Under the pieces are notes generated by a model. It was not told the origin of the DNA and searched no databases. It was given only the letters and a program-made list of their open reading frames with translations. This document shows positions 13,996 through 30,331 of a DNA stretch of 64,000 nucleotides, piece after piece. The position numbers and the translations under genes are program-made. The DNA is from Eledone cirrhosa (taxonomy: Eukaryota): assembly GCA_964016885.1 (NCBI GenBank), contig OZ024742.1, forward strand, positions 83,328,001-83,392,000, given 5' to 3'. Numbering within the stretch: position 1 is the stretch's first letter; every line of letters begins with the position of its first letter.

Positions 13996-14077
13996 GCCTT
14001 TATCGCGGTTTCATGCTCACGAATAAACGGAAAATCCAAGCGGATTTCCAGTGAAAAGGGAGCAATCTTCAGAAGGC
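13996..14077 (-). ncRNA. Type I hammerhead ribozyme (family C, second copy)
   Basis: gcctt CTGAAGA t-tgctc...gagca-t GAAA ccgcga TA aaggc. A third, 5'-broken copy lies at +13798..13873. Confidence 0.8.
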
Positions 14078-14392
14078 TCTTGTCCCTCGGAGAATATAAA
14101 ATTCCCGAGTTCAAATCACAAACTGACGCCATACAAAACCATTCCCAAATGAGAGCGGATGATGAAAGAAATAATTGTCTGGTGCCTTGTGCAAAGACAG
14201 AAGGCATGGTGCACAGGTCAATGTCCTGCCACTAGAAATAGCAGCAGTCCCAAACTTTTTCTCTATTTGCTAGACCTCGATTTTATATGTTCTGGCTTGT
14301 TAATTTATTAACCCGCCATAGAACCACATTGGCATACGGTTGGATAATACTTGTTTCCCTATATGTATTTTTTACACGTAGAAATTCATACT

Positions 14393-14438
<46 letters not shown>

Positions 14439-14612
14439 AAAAAAATATGAAATCGAAAATGAAACTGGGGTCTTATTTTTGTTTTAAATATATATATTTT
14501 TTTAAATAAGACTCCAATTGCATTTTCGATTTCATCTTTTTTTCTTTATACTTTCACTCGTGTAGGACACTCGAATATTTTTCATTTTGTAAAAAAACCT
14601 AACTTTCTAATA

Positions 14613-14781
<169 letters not shown>

Positions 14782-15349
14782 TATTGTAAATATACTATAT
14801 TCATAATTTCAAAACCGAAACCTACATTAGGAGTATTGTGGTAATAGGAAGCAAGAAAAGAAAAGAAAACATATACCTTGAGCTGGTCCAAGTCTGGTGG
14901 AACAGATTGACTAAATCTATAAGCAACAGACATGTTTCAAACTTCTTAGATTTGCTAAGCGAAGCACATTCATGTAGCAATTTGTGTAAACTAAAGCATG
15001 ACCGAAAATATCCCTGTGTTTGTCTGGTCTATGTTTTGATCATATACACATAAAATAAAGATGGCGTAGATATACAATACAACAGAAGGAACATAATCGT
15101 ACCACTGATGATGTTGCAGATGTGCAGCGAAAGAACTTTGTTAGACTATATATATATATGTGTTTATATCTATATTATATCTGTATTTTTGACCGTCGGT
15201 CAGTCAATGGTAAACATTGAGGACCGAATGAATTAACTGTGGAGATATAAAAGATACAGAAGCGAAAACCAACCAAACGCTGAGTGTGTTCTGTTATTAT
15301 TTGGCAATATTATTACAACAATATGACTCTCCACAAGTATAACAATATA

Positions 15350-15530
15350 TATATAATATGGAAATAGCTTCTACAGGAATAGAACTGTTTCATTCGAAGG
15401 AAATCATTAGGAAGGCCCTGATGATTTCCTTCGAATGAAACAGTTCTAGTCCTGTAGAAGCCATTTCTATATTAAATATTTATGTTCTGTACCTTACTTA
15501 CTGTGGTTACACCTGATTGAACCCGGGATA
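15350..15530. ncRNA. Inverted pair of hammerheads (same family as 38554)
   Basis: Plus copy from 15418: CTGATGA t-ttc-cttc-gaa-t GAAA cag-ttctagtc-ctg TA gaag. Inverted copy -15367..15414 has a CTAATGA core. Confidence 0.75.
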
Positions 15531-15603
15531 CACACACACACAAACAAACACACACACATACACACACACACACACACACAGACACACACACACACACACA
15601 CAC

Positions 15604-15664
<61 letters not shown>

Positions 15665-15671
<7 letters not shown>

Positions 15672-16571
15672 CTTATTAAAAAATAATTCAGTGGATAGGA
15701 AATAGCAAAGCGTGGACTGAATTCCTAGCCATTGAGAAAATCACTGCCTCTGCGTCTGTGGCAAATTCAAAAAGAATCAATCACGTGACATCGAGGTCAA
15801 TCAGTGGAAAGTGGTTTGCTAATAAGACAGCGGCCTGCCTACTACCATAGCAGCAGTCATGGCCAATATTGCTCGACAAATAAAGTGATATTTTAGTAAG
15901 TAAGTTAATTTTATAATTGTCTTATTTTACGTCTCTCATATTATTGTTCTGCAACCCCATGCATTGAACCACAATGTTACTAAGACAAAACCTATATATT
16001 TGCTAGCATTGATATGCATCTGTATGTATATATATGTTACTAGATATTAATTATTTATAATTATCTCCAAATTATTTGTCGAGCAATATTGGCCATGACT
16101 GCTGCTATGGTAGTAGGCAGGCCGCTGTCTTATTAGCAAACCACTTTCCACTGATTGACCTCGATGTCACGTGATTGATTCTTTTTGAATTTGCCACAGA
16201 CGCAGAGGCAGTGATTTTCTCAATGGCTAGGAATTCAGTCCACGCTTTGCTATTTCCTATCCACTGAATTATTTTTTAATAGGTTTCCAGAGTCCTCGCT
16301 TTGCCTGGAAACTTCGCTGAGAATAGACTTCCCTGACGACGGAATGTTTCTCCATATCTTCTTCGGAAAATATATTTACTCCATTCCAGAAACTAATTAG
16401 TTGGAAGTAATATTTTAGTAAGTAAGTTAATTTTATAATTTTCTTATTTTACGTCTCTCATATTATTGTTCTGCAACCCCATGCATTGAACCACAATGTT
16501 ACTAAGACAAAACCTATATATTTGCTAGCATTGATATGCATCTGTATGTATATATATGTTACTAGATATTA

Positions 16572-16576
<5 letters not shown>
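15665..16576. mobile_element. Non-coding hammerhead retroelement family A (522-nt monomer): inverted 5' piece plus ~1.3 direct monomers
   Basis: -15665..15883 is the reverse complement of about 16070..16285. +15883..16576 repeats with period 522. Flanked by (TA)n. Confidence 0.9.
16327..16408 (+). ncRNA. Type I hammerhead ribozyme (family A)
   Basis: acttcc CTGACGA c-ggaatg...ttc-ttcg-gaa...cattcc-a GAAA ctaattag TT ggaagt. Stem III palindrome ACTAATTAGT. Confidence 0.9.
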
Positions 16577-16616
<40 letters not shown>

Positions 16617-16827
16617 TTGTAGTGTTGCAGGTAAATGCGTTCGTAGGCGGTATGCCGGTAGAGCACTCGATGCTCGCGCAGAGCAGAGTATATGATTATA
16701 GATAACAAGGAATCATTAATGCATCAAATCCGTCGATCAGCTCGAGGCAGGGTGTGTTAAAGATCGATCTAACTCTGCACTAGAAGGTTCTTCATATATG
16801 ACAAACATATCTATATCTATATCTACA

Positions 16828-16927
<100 letters not shown>

Positions 16928-16934
16928 CATATAT

Positions 16935-17423
16935 ATGTCAGGTTGCTCTCAAGTGCTGCTGGTAACATATAACCCAGTTCAACCTGTCTCATCGTGGGGT
17001 CATCGGTGACTAAACCGGCAACCCCACCAATTTTGGACACCCTGCGGGATGAAATACAAGACCCCGCAATACAAGAACTCGGCAGAGCCAACGACAATCC
17101 AAATAGTACTTTTTTTCTCACACCTGGGAATGAAAAGCCCTCAGTTGTTGTCACAACACCTTTCTAGGAGAGGGAAACTCTGAAAAATAACCTGCACTTT
17201 CGGAAGCATCCGATAATGTTGACCGGTCCTCTTTTCGTGTAGCGTTTTCGATGCTCAGAGAGTGGGATTGGTCAAGTGCAAGGTATTTCACCACTTAAAA
17301 AACCTTCAAAGCACAGGCATTGCTTGTTCAGGATCTGTTACAGGTTCATGTGGCTGGCCGTAGCTTAAAGTGCACCATTTTCTGTAATCTGACAAGCAAT
17401 TGCAATACTCTTAGCAGAATTTG

Positions 17424-17430
<7 letters not shown>
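16935..17430 (+). mobile_element. Interspersed repeat, possibly an RTE-type 5' UTR region
   Basis: Homologous in opposite orientation to 31090-31340 (aacctgtctcat, gggtcat.gg.gactaaac.ggcaacccca). Confidence 0.45.
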
Positions 17431-17473
<43 letters not shown>

Positions 17474-17524
17474 ATTATGTCGAATATGTAAAATTTGGCT
17501 TCGTTTATTACAAATTATAGATAT

Positions 17525-17579
17525 ACTGCTATATATATTTCGGTGACAGCCATCATTGGCTGTGACCTCTTCAGGCAGT
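17525..17579 (-). ncRNA. Type I hammerhead ribozyme (family D)
   Basis: actgc CTGAAGA ggt-c-acagcca-atga-tggctgt-c-acc GAAA tatata TA gcagt, in fold-back island 17468-17802. Confidence 0.9.
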
Positions 17580-17798
17580 CCGAATTGGTTGAAGTGTGTT
17601 TTACTCCATCAATCCATCGATATGTCCACCTCCTGGTAGTGTTGTTATTTCTATAATTTGTAATAAACCAAGCCAAATTTTACATATTTGACTTAATTAA
17701 TTTACATTACTCCGGAGTAAACCAACCAATCTGCGTACTTCGTCGAGTGCTCCAATCTGCATACTGAGGTGTCGGGAAACAACCGACATATACTCAAA

Positions 17799-17858
<60 letters not shown>

Positions 17859-19289
17859 ATATATATATACATAGTAACACATTGTCAGAAAGAAATTCTG
17901 TAGCATTGCGAAAGCGAGAAAGTGGAGATATAATAAATAAACAAAAGACGTCAGTTGACTGTAATAATTTTGCTTGACAAGATCAAAGTACACGACAGGA
18001 TGTCAGGCAACAAACGTTTTCTATCAACAGTGACAGTTTAAATGTATAGAAGCTAACGGAGAATTGTTCACGGGAAGGAAGCTATGACGATATCGAAGTA
18101 GAAACTCAAGACATTAGACGCAAAAAGTATGCATACGCCCTTGACCTTCCCATAGAAGAAGGAACTAGATCCAGGAAAATACTAGTGGAAAAATCTATAT
18201 GTTATCTACACATAACATATTGGGTCATTTGTTTTAATAGATATCACTGTAAGTTGGGAGTGTGGTAGAAAATGTTTGAACTGCCATCATGAAAATAATT
18301 GTATACAACGACAATTCACTTTCAAGTACATCTCGGTTCCATCGTCTCTGGTCATTTTTTACTCTGTCTTATTCTTTCAAAATTTGTTGGATTATATTAA
18401 CAGCACGAGAGTTGATTAAACAGAAGAAAAACTATCTCTGATAGATAATTCCTAGACGTGTGTCCATGTAGCGACGGAAATTAAATGTTGATAGTAGAAT
18501 TCGTGGTTGAAATTCGATATGTCACAGCAGTGACTTTTTGTGGTAAATATAAAATGAATGGTACAGTGAGTAGTGGTTGAAATTATGATAATAAGTGTAT
18601 CATACTAGTACACATTGGGTTGTTATTCCTTGCGTTGTATTCAGTTGATTTATAAACAGCAGTTATAGTATTTCCTGTTTAATTTATGTGCTCCACAGTT
18701 AAGGTGAGATATAATGTTATATGTGTCTCAGTGATAATTTAATTTACTAAAATGTGTTTAATAATTAATGTAGAGATAGCATTATAAAGCAACATTATAT
18801 TGAGCCAGTTTGAGAGAGCTATTGTTTACTGGGACTAACAAAAGTGAGAAATCAATACAATCTTTTACCCAATAATATGAGACCGGACACTGAGAAAATG
18901 TTCAATGGCAAGCAAAACCTAGGCACAAGCCTCCTCGTGATTCCAAAAGACAGAGTGGAGAAAGCATCACCCCAGAGGATAGCTAAAGGTACGCCATTCC
19001 AAATTGTGGAGCTCACTCCTGTCAGTGGCCAACTCCATCCCGGTATCAATCAGTAGGATTGTGGCATATGGACTAAAAATAATAGAACCCTCCACCACTA
19101 AAGATTCAATGACATAGCTATTGGTAATTTATCGATAATTCAACAGTTTCAATTTTCAGCTTGTCGGGCCTGAAAACCTGTGTTTGGTACCGAATACACT
19201 ATGATTCTTTTCTTTTTTTATTTATTAATTATGACTTATGTCGCTGTTTCCTCCTTCATTACCGATTATGACCATTACATCATATATGT

Positions 19290-20100
19290 AAGATGAAAGA
19301 CGGCGATGAAAATAATACGAATATGGCTTGTCAAACCAATGTTCACCATGAATATCCTCGGGCAATGGACACAATGAGGGCAATGAGGTCTCGGAATGTT
19401 AGATTGTGGGCCAATTGGGGGGTGGGTGTCATGTTGGAGATTTTCTTTTACTTTTCCTTTTCTTTTCATTTTCTGTTGATCTATGCTTTCTGCATTGTAG
19501 CTGTTGAACACGAAGCAAATATGAGACTTCCATAGGGATCTCACTTAAGCTGCAGATTCCCACGCATCATGCTGGATTTCGCAGCCTTTCAGACCTTTTT
19601 CCTTCTAGCTATTCCATGGCCTTTGCTCAAAGCGCTTTCTCTTTTGGAGTTCGAAATATCAGAATTTCATTGGAAAGTGGTTTTCGTTCATGCTTGCTTG
19701 CATGTCACTTTTTGATGGCATAATCATCCGCTAATAAAACGACTCGAGCTATGTTTTTCTCAGCATACCGCTTGCTATGTTCAAATTGAAGGCGTTGCTT
19801 CCATCAAATCTGTATCTGATACCTAAAGCTTATGTTGGTGTACCTGTAAGCGTTACAAAGCGTCGCAGTGACTGGGAATAGTTCAGGGAACTCTGCGGCA
19901 TCTAGTACACTTACAAATATTCCTTCGTGAAATTGCCTGACCATTGTGATGAATGTTTCTGGACATCCCAATTTGTTCAGATCTTTTCTCCGACCGTCTC
20001 TAGAGAGAGTGTCGGAAGTATTTTAGAGCTACAAAAGTGGTGTGTATGTCCATACTCGGCTCCAGGCAAATTTTCTTTAAGAGGCTACAACCATTATATC
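19290..20100 (-). mobile_element. Highly decayed RTE LINE 3' end
   Basis: CPHCVHCPRIFMVNIGLTSHIR resembles the C-terminal C2H2-like motif of RTE ORFs; upstream extent approximate. Confidence 0.5.
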
Positions 20101-20204
20101 TACTGTACTGCAGCCATGCCTAAAGCTGCACTGGTTAGGATGATATGGTAAGATGGGCTCAATTTAATTACCTTTTAGTTTAGTTTTCGGATTTACCTTT
20201 GATT

Positions 20205-20321
<117 letters not shown>

Positions 20322-20356
20322 ACACACACCTATATATATACCAGAAACACACAGAT

Positions 20357-20500
<144 letters not shown>

Positions 20501-20617
20501 GTGTATGTGTGTGTTTCTGGTATATGTGTGTGTGGCATATATATATATATATGCCAGACATATATATATATATATGCCATACACACATATATATATACCA
20601 GAAACACACACACACAC

Positions 20618-20649
<32 letters not shown>

Positions 20650-20759
20650 GGGTGTGTGGGTGTACGTGTATGTGTGTGTGTGTTCGATTCTTTTTTCGCA
20701 CATTGCTTTTACACAAACGTGAATCAACCTACATGTTATGTTGTTAAGGAATTAAGTCA

Positions 20760-21800
20760 GATTTTTTAAATACATTATTTGTTTTTTAAATCTGATTCTA
20801 TGGTATCTTTTTCGGTGTAATCAATTTTTAATATCAATTGATTTGTTGTCAATTTTGAACGTAAAATGCCAAAACAGGATTGTCGGCAACGTTCTTTCTA
20901 TCAGTATACAATCGAGCGCAGTGCTGAACAAAGGGTTAAAAACATCATCGACATTTGGTGCAGAGGAAATGCTAATGAATGAAAAGTTGGTTGAAAGGCT
21001 TTCATCGGTGGTTAAATCCTTTCTGAAGATAGAGTAAGTCGTGGAAAATCTTGTTATTGAAGAATTGGAACACTTTGCGCAAAAATAAACTGAATTGGAT
21101 TTTCGAAGAAGCTTGTAAAAGCAGTTTGACACGAACTGGATGAAGACCAAAAAACTTGCCGCCATGGCGTCTGATCTTCACTTTTTTGTATAATAAAACC
21201 GACCGATTTTTCGATCGTAATCTATGAAACGAAAGTGGATCCGGTACATTGGTTATACCGAGATAAAGCTCCTTAACACTTCCCAAAGCGTAGGCTGCAA
21301 GCAATGGGGTTAGGTGACTGTTTTGTTGTCCGTAATCGGATTAATTCTCTACATCTTTCTGAACTAGGGCAATGCAGCCTCAACAGGAAATTATTCTCAA
21401 TGCATAAAAACTGCAACGTATGTGTCTAACATTGTTCAATGGGAAAGTTTCAATCCTCTTGCACGACAATACTCAACCGCATATCGTACAAGCAACGTTC
21501 CAGAAACTATGAACTCATCCAGCATACTCACGTATTCTTTCACAAACTGACTATTTACTACGTTTTCAAGCATTTGGACATCTTCCTGCAAGGAAAAGAC
21601 TTCTTAAAACAAACAGCCGCAAGAAACGTCTTCGAAAATTCATTGCTGCCAGAACTTCAGAAAATTGGTTATTAATTCTGTTACCAAAATTAATAAACAT
21701 GTATCTGGTTGGCAAATATGCATATATTACAATGATTTTTATTTCGATAAATAAAGTTTATTCTGTATTTGTATTGAAATTAATGTTTAAAAACCTGCCA
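20760..21800 (+). mobile_element. Decayed mariner (Tc1/mariner) transposon
   Basis: Frameshifted remnants: DRFFDR...KWIRY and ILLHDNTQPH...FKHLDIFLQGKDF. Confidence 0.7.
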
Positions 21801-22282
21801 AAATGAAGTTTATGTTCATATTATGTACCTGCGGAGGTGTACCTTGTGTGGTGGGACTATCAGATTTAATGTGATTATGAGTCTAATGAAAAGGTTATTT
21901 GTGAAGTTTTCTTTTTATTCATATATAGATCGTGAATAGATACCGTAAGGGTTAGCGAACTCGACTAGATTTAATAAATAGGCGTCCGGTTATCTATAGT
22001 AAATCTAGTCGTTGTCTTATGAACCTGAAAGTTTATATAATTTAAAGAGTTCCACGAAGACTTTCATAAGTGATCGTTAATGAATTTAATATTATGTTTG
22101 TATTATGTTTGTATTATGTGTCCATTTTATACAGATGTTTTTCCCTATCTGATGTGCGTATATATATATATGTGCCTATATATAGACATAATACAAACAT
22201 AATATTAAATTCATTAACGATCACTTATGAAAGTTTTCGTGGAACTCTTTAAATTATATAAACTTTCAGGTTCATAAGACAA

Positions 22283-22348
<66 letters not shown>

Positions 22349-23039
22349 CTTACGGTAAACGTTGATGCAATTCAATTCAAGCACTCTACGTACTTTATCC
22401 ACATAGGAACGCCAGAGTATATTTAGAATAAGAAAATGTTGAGTAGTTTCAGATGTTAATGTCCTTTATTGGTAAGGCTGTGATACATATTTCAATGACG
22501 ACAGTGACCACGCGACTTCGCCTAACCAGTGCCATGATCTCATCAGGCACCTTCTTACGTAATAAGGTTACGTTCTCGAGGCCATACAAATTAAATATAT
22601 ACCATTTATGTTGTTGTGGTTGCCAATGGATGCAACTGGGTTTTTCGGTTAGAAAACCATGATGTTATAGTGAGAATACTCTACATTATGCAACTTATCC
22701 ATCGTAAATTTGGTATCCCGTGGATGGTGCAAGAGCGAAATTATATGTTTATTTAAATACAACAGAAGGCCGGACTGAAAATATCCGTTAATCTTACAAA
22801 AATTCTATTCATAATTCAATAGCCTAGATAAATTACATGATCTTGACGTAAGACCTTGGCGACATTATTATCAGTTAATCAATAAAAGTAATTACGGTAA
22901 ACACAAACAGCGAATAGAGAATATACTTTACTTGGCTTGTGAACTCAGTGTCATTTTCCTCGTTAATCGAATTTTAAGTAGCACAAAATGTTCAAATAGG
23001 GTCAAGAAAATTCTGAAAACGAACCTCATTCTGGAAGGC

Positions 23040-23935
23040 CTATGTCGTCAACAAATGAACATAATGTTAAAGTTGTACAAGTGGAGATCACGAAGTATCG
23101 CTAATTATGTGGTAGGATGATTGCAGAATAAACGGGGGACTTGAATAAAAATGTAGTACACAGAATTTAAACAGACCATTTTCACATGCAGAATATATCT
23201 GCAAAACTGATACCTACACATTTGTCTGTGGAGCAAAAACGATCCGTTTCGAAATTTGTCAGTATTTGCTACTAACACTCATATTGGAGCCAGATTTATT
23301 GGATGAATCATGGGTTTTCGAGTAGGATCCAGAGACAAAACGGCAATGTGAGGAGTGACACACGAAACATTCTCCACGTCTGAAGAAAGTACGTGTGAAC
23401 AAGTACAAGGTGAAAAAGGAGATTATCATATTGTTTTCTTTGACACAACGTGGTATTGTTTACAAAGCTTTTTTACGTCCAGGACGAACAGTTAATCGCA
23501 CATTCTACAAAGATGTCTTGGAATGACTTCGAAAATGGATCCAGCGTGTCCAAAAAATATTTCAAGAGATTGGCTATTGCACTACGATAATGTGCCTGCT
23601 CCCACAGCCCTTTCAATTAGAGAAATTCTGATAAAGAAAAACATTCCCACTTTTCCTCATCTTCCATATAGCCCAGATCTAATTGCATGTGATTTCTCAC
23701 GCTTCCCTGATTTGAAATCGAATTTGAAGGTCATCATTTTAACTGACCATTTTTTTGTAACCACCGAGCTGAGAATACTCACAGAAAATGACATCCGCTA
23801 TTGCTACTGTCAATAGAAAAAAAATGGTGGTACCACTATCTGACTTCCCAAGGATCGTGTTTTGAAGGAAATAACTTGTAATTTCATGTACGTCTGATAT
23901 ACAATTAAATAAAATATCAGTACCGTTACTAAGAT
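23040..23935 (+). mobile_element. Decayed mariner transposase (DD34D)
   Basis: DESWVFE*DPETKRQ, WLLHYDNVPAPTA and FPHLPYSPDLIACDF motifs; stops and frameshifts. Confidence 0.9.
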
Positions 23936-25969
23936 TGTGTATTAATTTGAACGTAAATGCATGTAGATTAAGCCTTAACCAACAACGACCCCAAGTAAAT
24001 ATCACACCTAACACCGATCTCATTCACCGGATGCATACTGCACAAGGATGAGTTAAACCACAACAAATATTATTTTCTAGAGTCAATAAATGTTTTCCTA
24101 CCATTCCATTTAACTATAAACGCTGTCGTTTTTTTTTAAGAAAGGGGAAATTCTACATTCAAGTTTACATGTAATTTGTGACATGATGAATAATATAGAA
24201 GAGTTTTTCGATTGACGTTTTTACCTCTGACAAGTGAACCACCATACACAATTTTTAGGAAGCCAGCGAGCTAACATAAGATCATTGGGTGGAAGCTTGG
24301 ACTGTTAAAAAGAGAAACCAAATCTGGAAAAAACAGGAAATTATTATTCAATAATACTGCCTGAGGTTCCAATTACCTAACGCAAAGGAATAGGTCTGGA
24401 TTAGAGCAGAATTGTAGCTGGGCCAGCATTATCAATCTTAAATCTAATTCTTCTATAGCATCTTCATCCAATAAATGGTTTACTCATATCAAACTGGCAA
24501 TATACCAAAACCATAATAAACCTTCCGATTCCTTAAATTATTCCACAAATACGAAATTGAAAACAAGAACCCAATCAAGTATTTATGTCACATCTTTTCA
24601 GTCAAAGTTAAATTCAAAATGTTTATAACTGAAATGTCTTTATTTGCGACAGTTCATTAAGAATGTTGAAAATTGGAGAACGTATTACACAAAACACTTA
24701 TTATGAGTAAAGGGTTTATATAATGTTTGCCAGAAGCATCGATGATTCAGTTTTGCTTAGGTACATACATTTAATTCATTTATGTATATGTTTATTATTG
24801 GATACAGTAAATTTGTTAGTTCCCATCCCACATTTATATTTTCTTTGAAATTGGCATTTAGATTTCTTGTATCTTAAAAACAAATTTCGCAAAGTAACTC
24901 GGTCCTTCTGTCTCTCACACACATTCACACGCACATGTATATATGTATGGAGAAAATAAATCAAAGTGGCTTGAGGCATGGATTTGTATGAGAAAGACAA
25001 GTAGGTCGGATAACCTGTTTATTGGTGGCATTGTCATTTCAAAATAAAATATAGTCTCGCACCGGTTGACTCGAGACCACAGGCGTCCTCGGACCCCCAC
25101 TGACGAGCTCATCTGCAAGATCGGAACGTCAGCAGCCTGCCTGAAAAAGGAGTCCCGTGATGTAGGTGGCTGATGCCGCAGGTGTCGCTGACCATTGTCC
25201 GCGGAAATGCTTTTGCAGTTTTGTCCGTGGGGCGCAAACCTAACATCACCGTGCTCTATGCCAGGTGCCCATCACCATCCCCCCTCCTTTTCTTCTGTGG
25301 CCCAAAGACCCTGTTTTTTCCCTCCCTTTCCACTCATTTAAGGCTTTTCAAATCCTTTCCAATACTTTCCATACAACCAGATCTGCCCTTTTACAAAAGT
25401 CTAATGTATCAAAAATTTATTTTTAATATCATTTATTTATTTCCCATTTCCTTCCTAGTTGCGACAAATTTATTAATTTTCAAATTTATTGAAGTTATCC
25501 ACACTGGAGGCGTAGAAAATTTGTCGCAACTAGGAAGGAAATGGGAAATAAATAAATGAAACTAAAAATAAATTTTGTATACCTTAGATATATATATATA
25601 TGGTAGGGGATGCTTGCATATATACACCCAAGAATTGTAAATTTTCAAAGCAAATATTGACAATGATGAAACATTTCGTATCTAAAACCGATATTGTTTA
25701 ATAATCCATAGACTGTTTACCGAAAATCATTCATATCAGTTTGAAAACATTGGAAATAGGAGTAATTGAATTTGACAGAAGAATAAGATATTAAATCTTT
25801 TGGGGATAACATATTCCTTACTTAGTTACAATGTATGACATTGATAACAAAAATGAACATGATATAATGGGCAGAATCTGTATATGCTCGCTTAAACTGC
25901 TCGAATGTATAGCCAAATCTTGATACAAATTAGAGCCTACATTTTACATATAACAGGAAACTTCAAATT

Positions 25970-26943
25970 ATATTATCAGCGATATCTGTATATGAACAGG
26001 ATTGACATGCGCAGCCGGGATGGTAGTGGCGTCGTGACTGCCGGGTATAAAATCAGTCGGCTGGAATTTTCAGACGGCATGATGTTACTCAACTCGACAG
26101 AAGGTGATCTTCGAGTCGCACTTGATAGGTTTGATGCCGAGTGCTGCATGGCTGGAATGAAAATCAGTGCTGCGAAAACTGAGACACTCGCCCTCTCAAA
26201 GAAGCCTGCGCAGTGCAAGCGACATATGAATGGAATTCCCAGATGGAGAAGTTCAAGTATCTCGGGACCGTGTTCATGAGTGATGGAAGGTAGGAGGCTG
26301 AATTAAGTGCAAGAATTGCAGGAGCTGGTACAGTAATGTGCAAGCTTCAGCATTCGGTAATCAGAAGGAAAATAGGCGTAAAAGCCAAATTCGCTATCTT
26401 CAATTCAGTTTTCGTAATGACCGGAATAAAACGATCGCGAATACAAGCGGCCGAAATGGAATTCCTACGTTACTCGATAGGTTGCATAGCTCGGAGAGTC
26501 ACTCCAGGTAGAGCTGCTACTTCTCCGAATTGAGAGATCACAGCTTCGATACTATGGGCATGTGGTTAGAATGTCTCAGGGAAGAATCACTGGACAGATT
26601 TTACAGGCGAAACCAACAGGTAGGAGATCCTGAGCAAGACGGTTGGATAACATCCATGAGCTTTGCTGGTCACGCTTGGTGATCCAGACTGATCAGTTGG
26701 AGACGGTTGCTTCTGACAGGTCCCACTAGAGGGAATGTTTGAGGACTCTGATCTGACGACCCTCTCAAGAAGAAGACGAAGAAGAAGAAGAAGAAGAAGA
26801 AGAAGAAGAAGAAGAAGAAGAAGAAGAAGAAGAAGAAGAAGAAGAAGAAGAAGAAGAAGAAGAAGAAGAAGAAGAAGAAGACGAAGAAGAAGAAGAAGAA
26901 GAAGAAGAAGAAGAAGAAGAAGAAGAAGAAGAAGAAGAAGAAG
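25970..26943 (+). mobile_element. 5'-truncated RTE-clade LINE with (GAA)n tail
   Basis: GMKISAAKTE, KFKYLG, RSRIQAAEMEFLR, LRYYGHVVRM, KPTGRR; ends in a (GAA)n run at 26767-26943. Confidence 0.9.
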
Positions 26944-27950
26944 GGATATCTTCTTTCTTCTTTAGTTCTGTAACTCGTGAGGATGTCGGAGGGGGCCCGT
27001 ATTGACATTCGACGTTTCTAGGGTATTTTTTTAAAACCTGGTGTTGCCCATTTCTTCTACAGGACTCAATGCAGCAGATTTATACAAGAGAAAGATAGAG
27101 AATGAGAGAAGGATTAAAAATGAAAAAGATATATAGAGGAAGAATCGATCCCAGTCCTAGACTGGTAATTTTTATCGACCTGAAATGGATGAAAGCAAAG
27201 TTATCCTTGGTATCAAGGATTTACTCTATCTTAATAAGTGATTCGATGGGCTTCTATCTTTTAAATTAATAAAAAATTATATAAACATTTTCTTATCATC
27301 AGCAATGAAATTTGACGATGTACGGCGTTTATATTTATTCAACGGTGACGAAATTAAATGGAATTGATTTGAATGACGGAACGAAATCAAGATATGCAAT
27401 TCAAGTTATCTCGACGTTTGGCTTCTGTTCCGAAACAAAAAGAAACATACTAAAATTCCTAGAAAATTTTAATTTATGGCAATATCGATAAAACTATTAT
27501 TGATTTCTTACTAAGGTACAAGGTCAAATCTTTATAGGAAAAGCTTAATGAGGTTAGCAATTTTTTCTTCATAAATAAAGTAAATTAAGTGAAATTCTTA
27601 CAATCGTAACGAAAATTGGCTCACCTTTTCAGGGGTTGCCTAATAATAAACTCAAAGCTAAGATTATTAATGTACAGTTCACCTCTAATCTCGAATGTCT
27701 AAAACATTTTTACGCTGTTCTCCCAAATGAAAACCTCGTAATTTTTGTAAGTAATGAAATTATAGGAGAGATAATCAAACATTTCCCGTGACTATAATTA
27801 TAAGAATAAGTGACGTTCAAAAAATTCATTTCAGGGTTAGTTTCTTTCTTTGAGGATGGGCGGGGGTGAAATGTGGATGATAAAATTTAGTAGGTGAATT
27901 TACATACAACAAATCTACACACACAGATAAATACACATGTAGCACATATG

Positions 27951-27993
<43 letters not shown>

Positions 27994-28004
27994 ATATATA
28001 TATG

Positions 28005-29692
<1,688 letters not shown>

Positions 29693-29697
29693 ATACT

Positions 29698-29927
<230 letters not shown>

Positions 29928-30275
29928 CCAGAAAGAATTCTATAGACTTCTGACTGAGGAATGCTCTCAGAACTGACCAATGGGAAGTTTGACACTTTTT
30001 TTGTTATTTTGTTCCTTTCACACCTTGTCCCTTCTACCACTTATCAATGTTTTAAGCTAACTCCAACAATAACAGCACTTAGAATGAGGAATGTTCTAAC
30101 AACTGACCAATGAGAGGAGAAGAGGCCCTTTGACACTGAAATTCGTTTGTTTGAATTCATATGATTCCAGTTCCTCAATAAAATAACAACCCAACCAGGA
30201 ACTGGGCATATCAGAGTATTGACAATATTATACACCTCAACAACATATGTACTTGTCTATACCACACTAATTCGG

Positions 30276-30331
30276 ACTGCCTGAAGAGGTCACAGCCAAA
30301 GATGGCTGGTCACTGAAATATATATAGCAGT
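30276..30331 (+). ncRNA. Type I hammerhead ribozyme (family D, second locus)
   Basis: actgc CTGAAGA ggtcacagcca-aaga-tggctggtcact GAAA tatata TA gcagt; downstream flank homologous to the 17468-17800 island. Confidence 0.85.

Larger units (their letters stand above)
13262..14405. mobile_element. Non-coding hammerhead retroelement (family C, ~485-nt monomer), multiply inverted array between (TA)n
   Basis: Segments -13262..13751, +13757..13797, +13798..13935, -13937..14250, +14253..14400 are copies of one monomer. Confidence 0.85.

Noticed and set aside
15100-15150. CTGATGA t-gttgca-gatg-tgcagc GAAA hammerhead-like motif
   Set aside because: Stem II pairs, but no convincing stem I or stem III; not counted.
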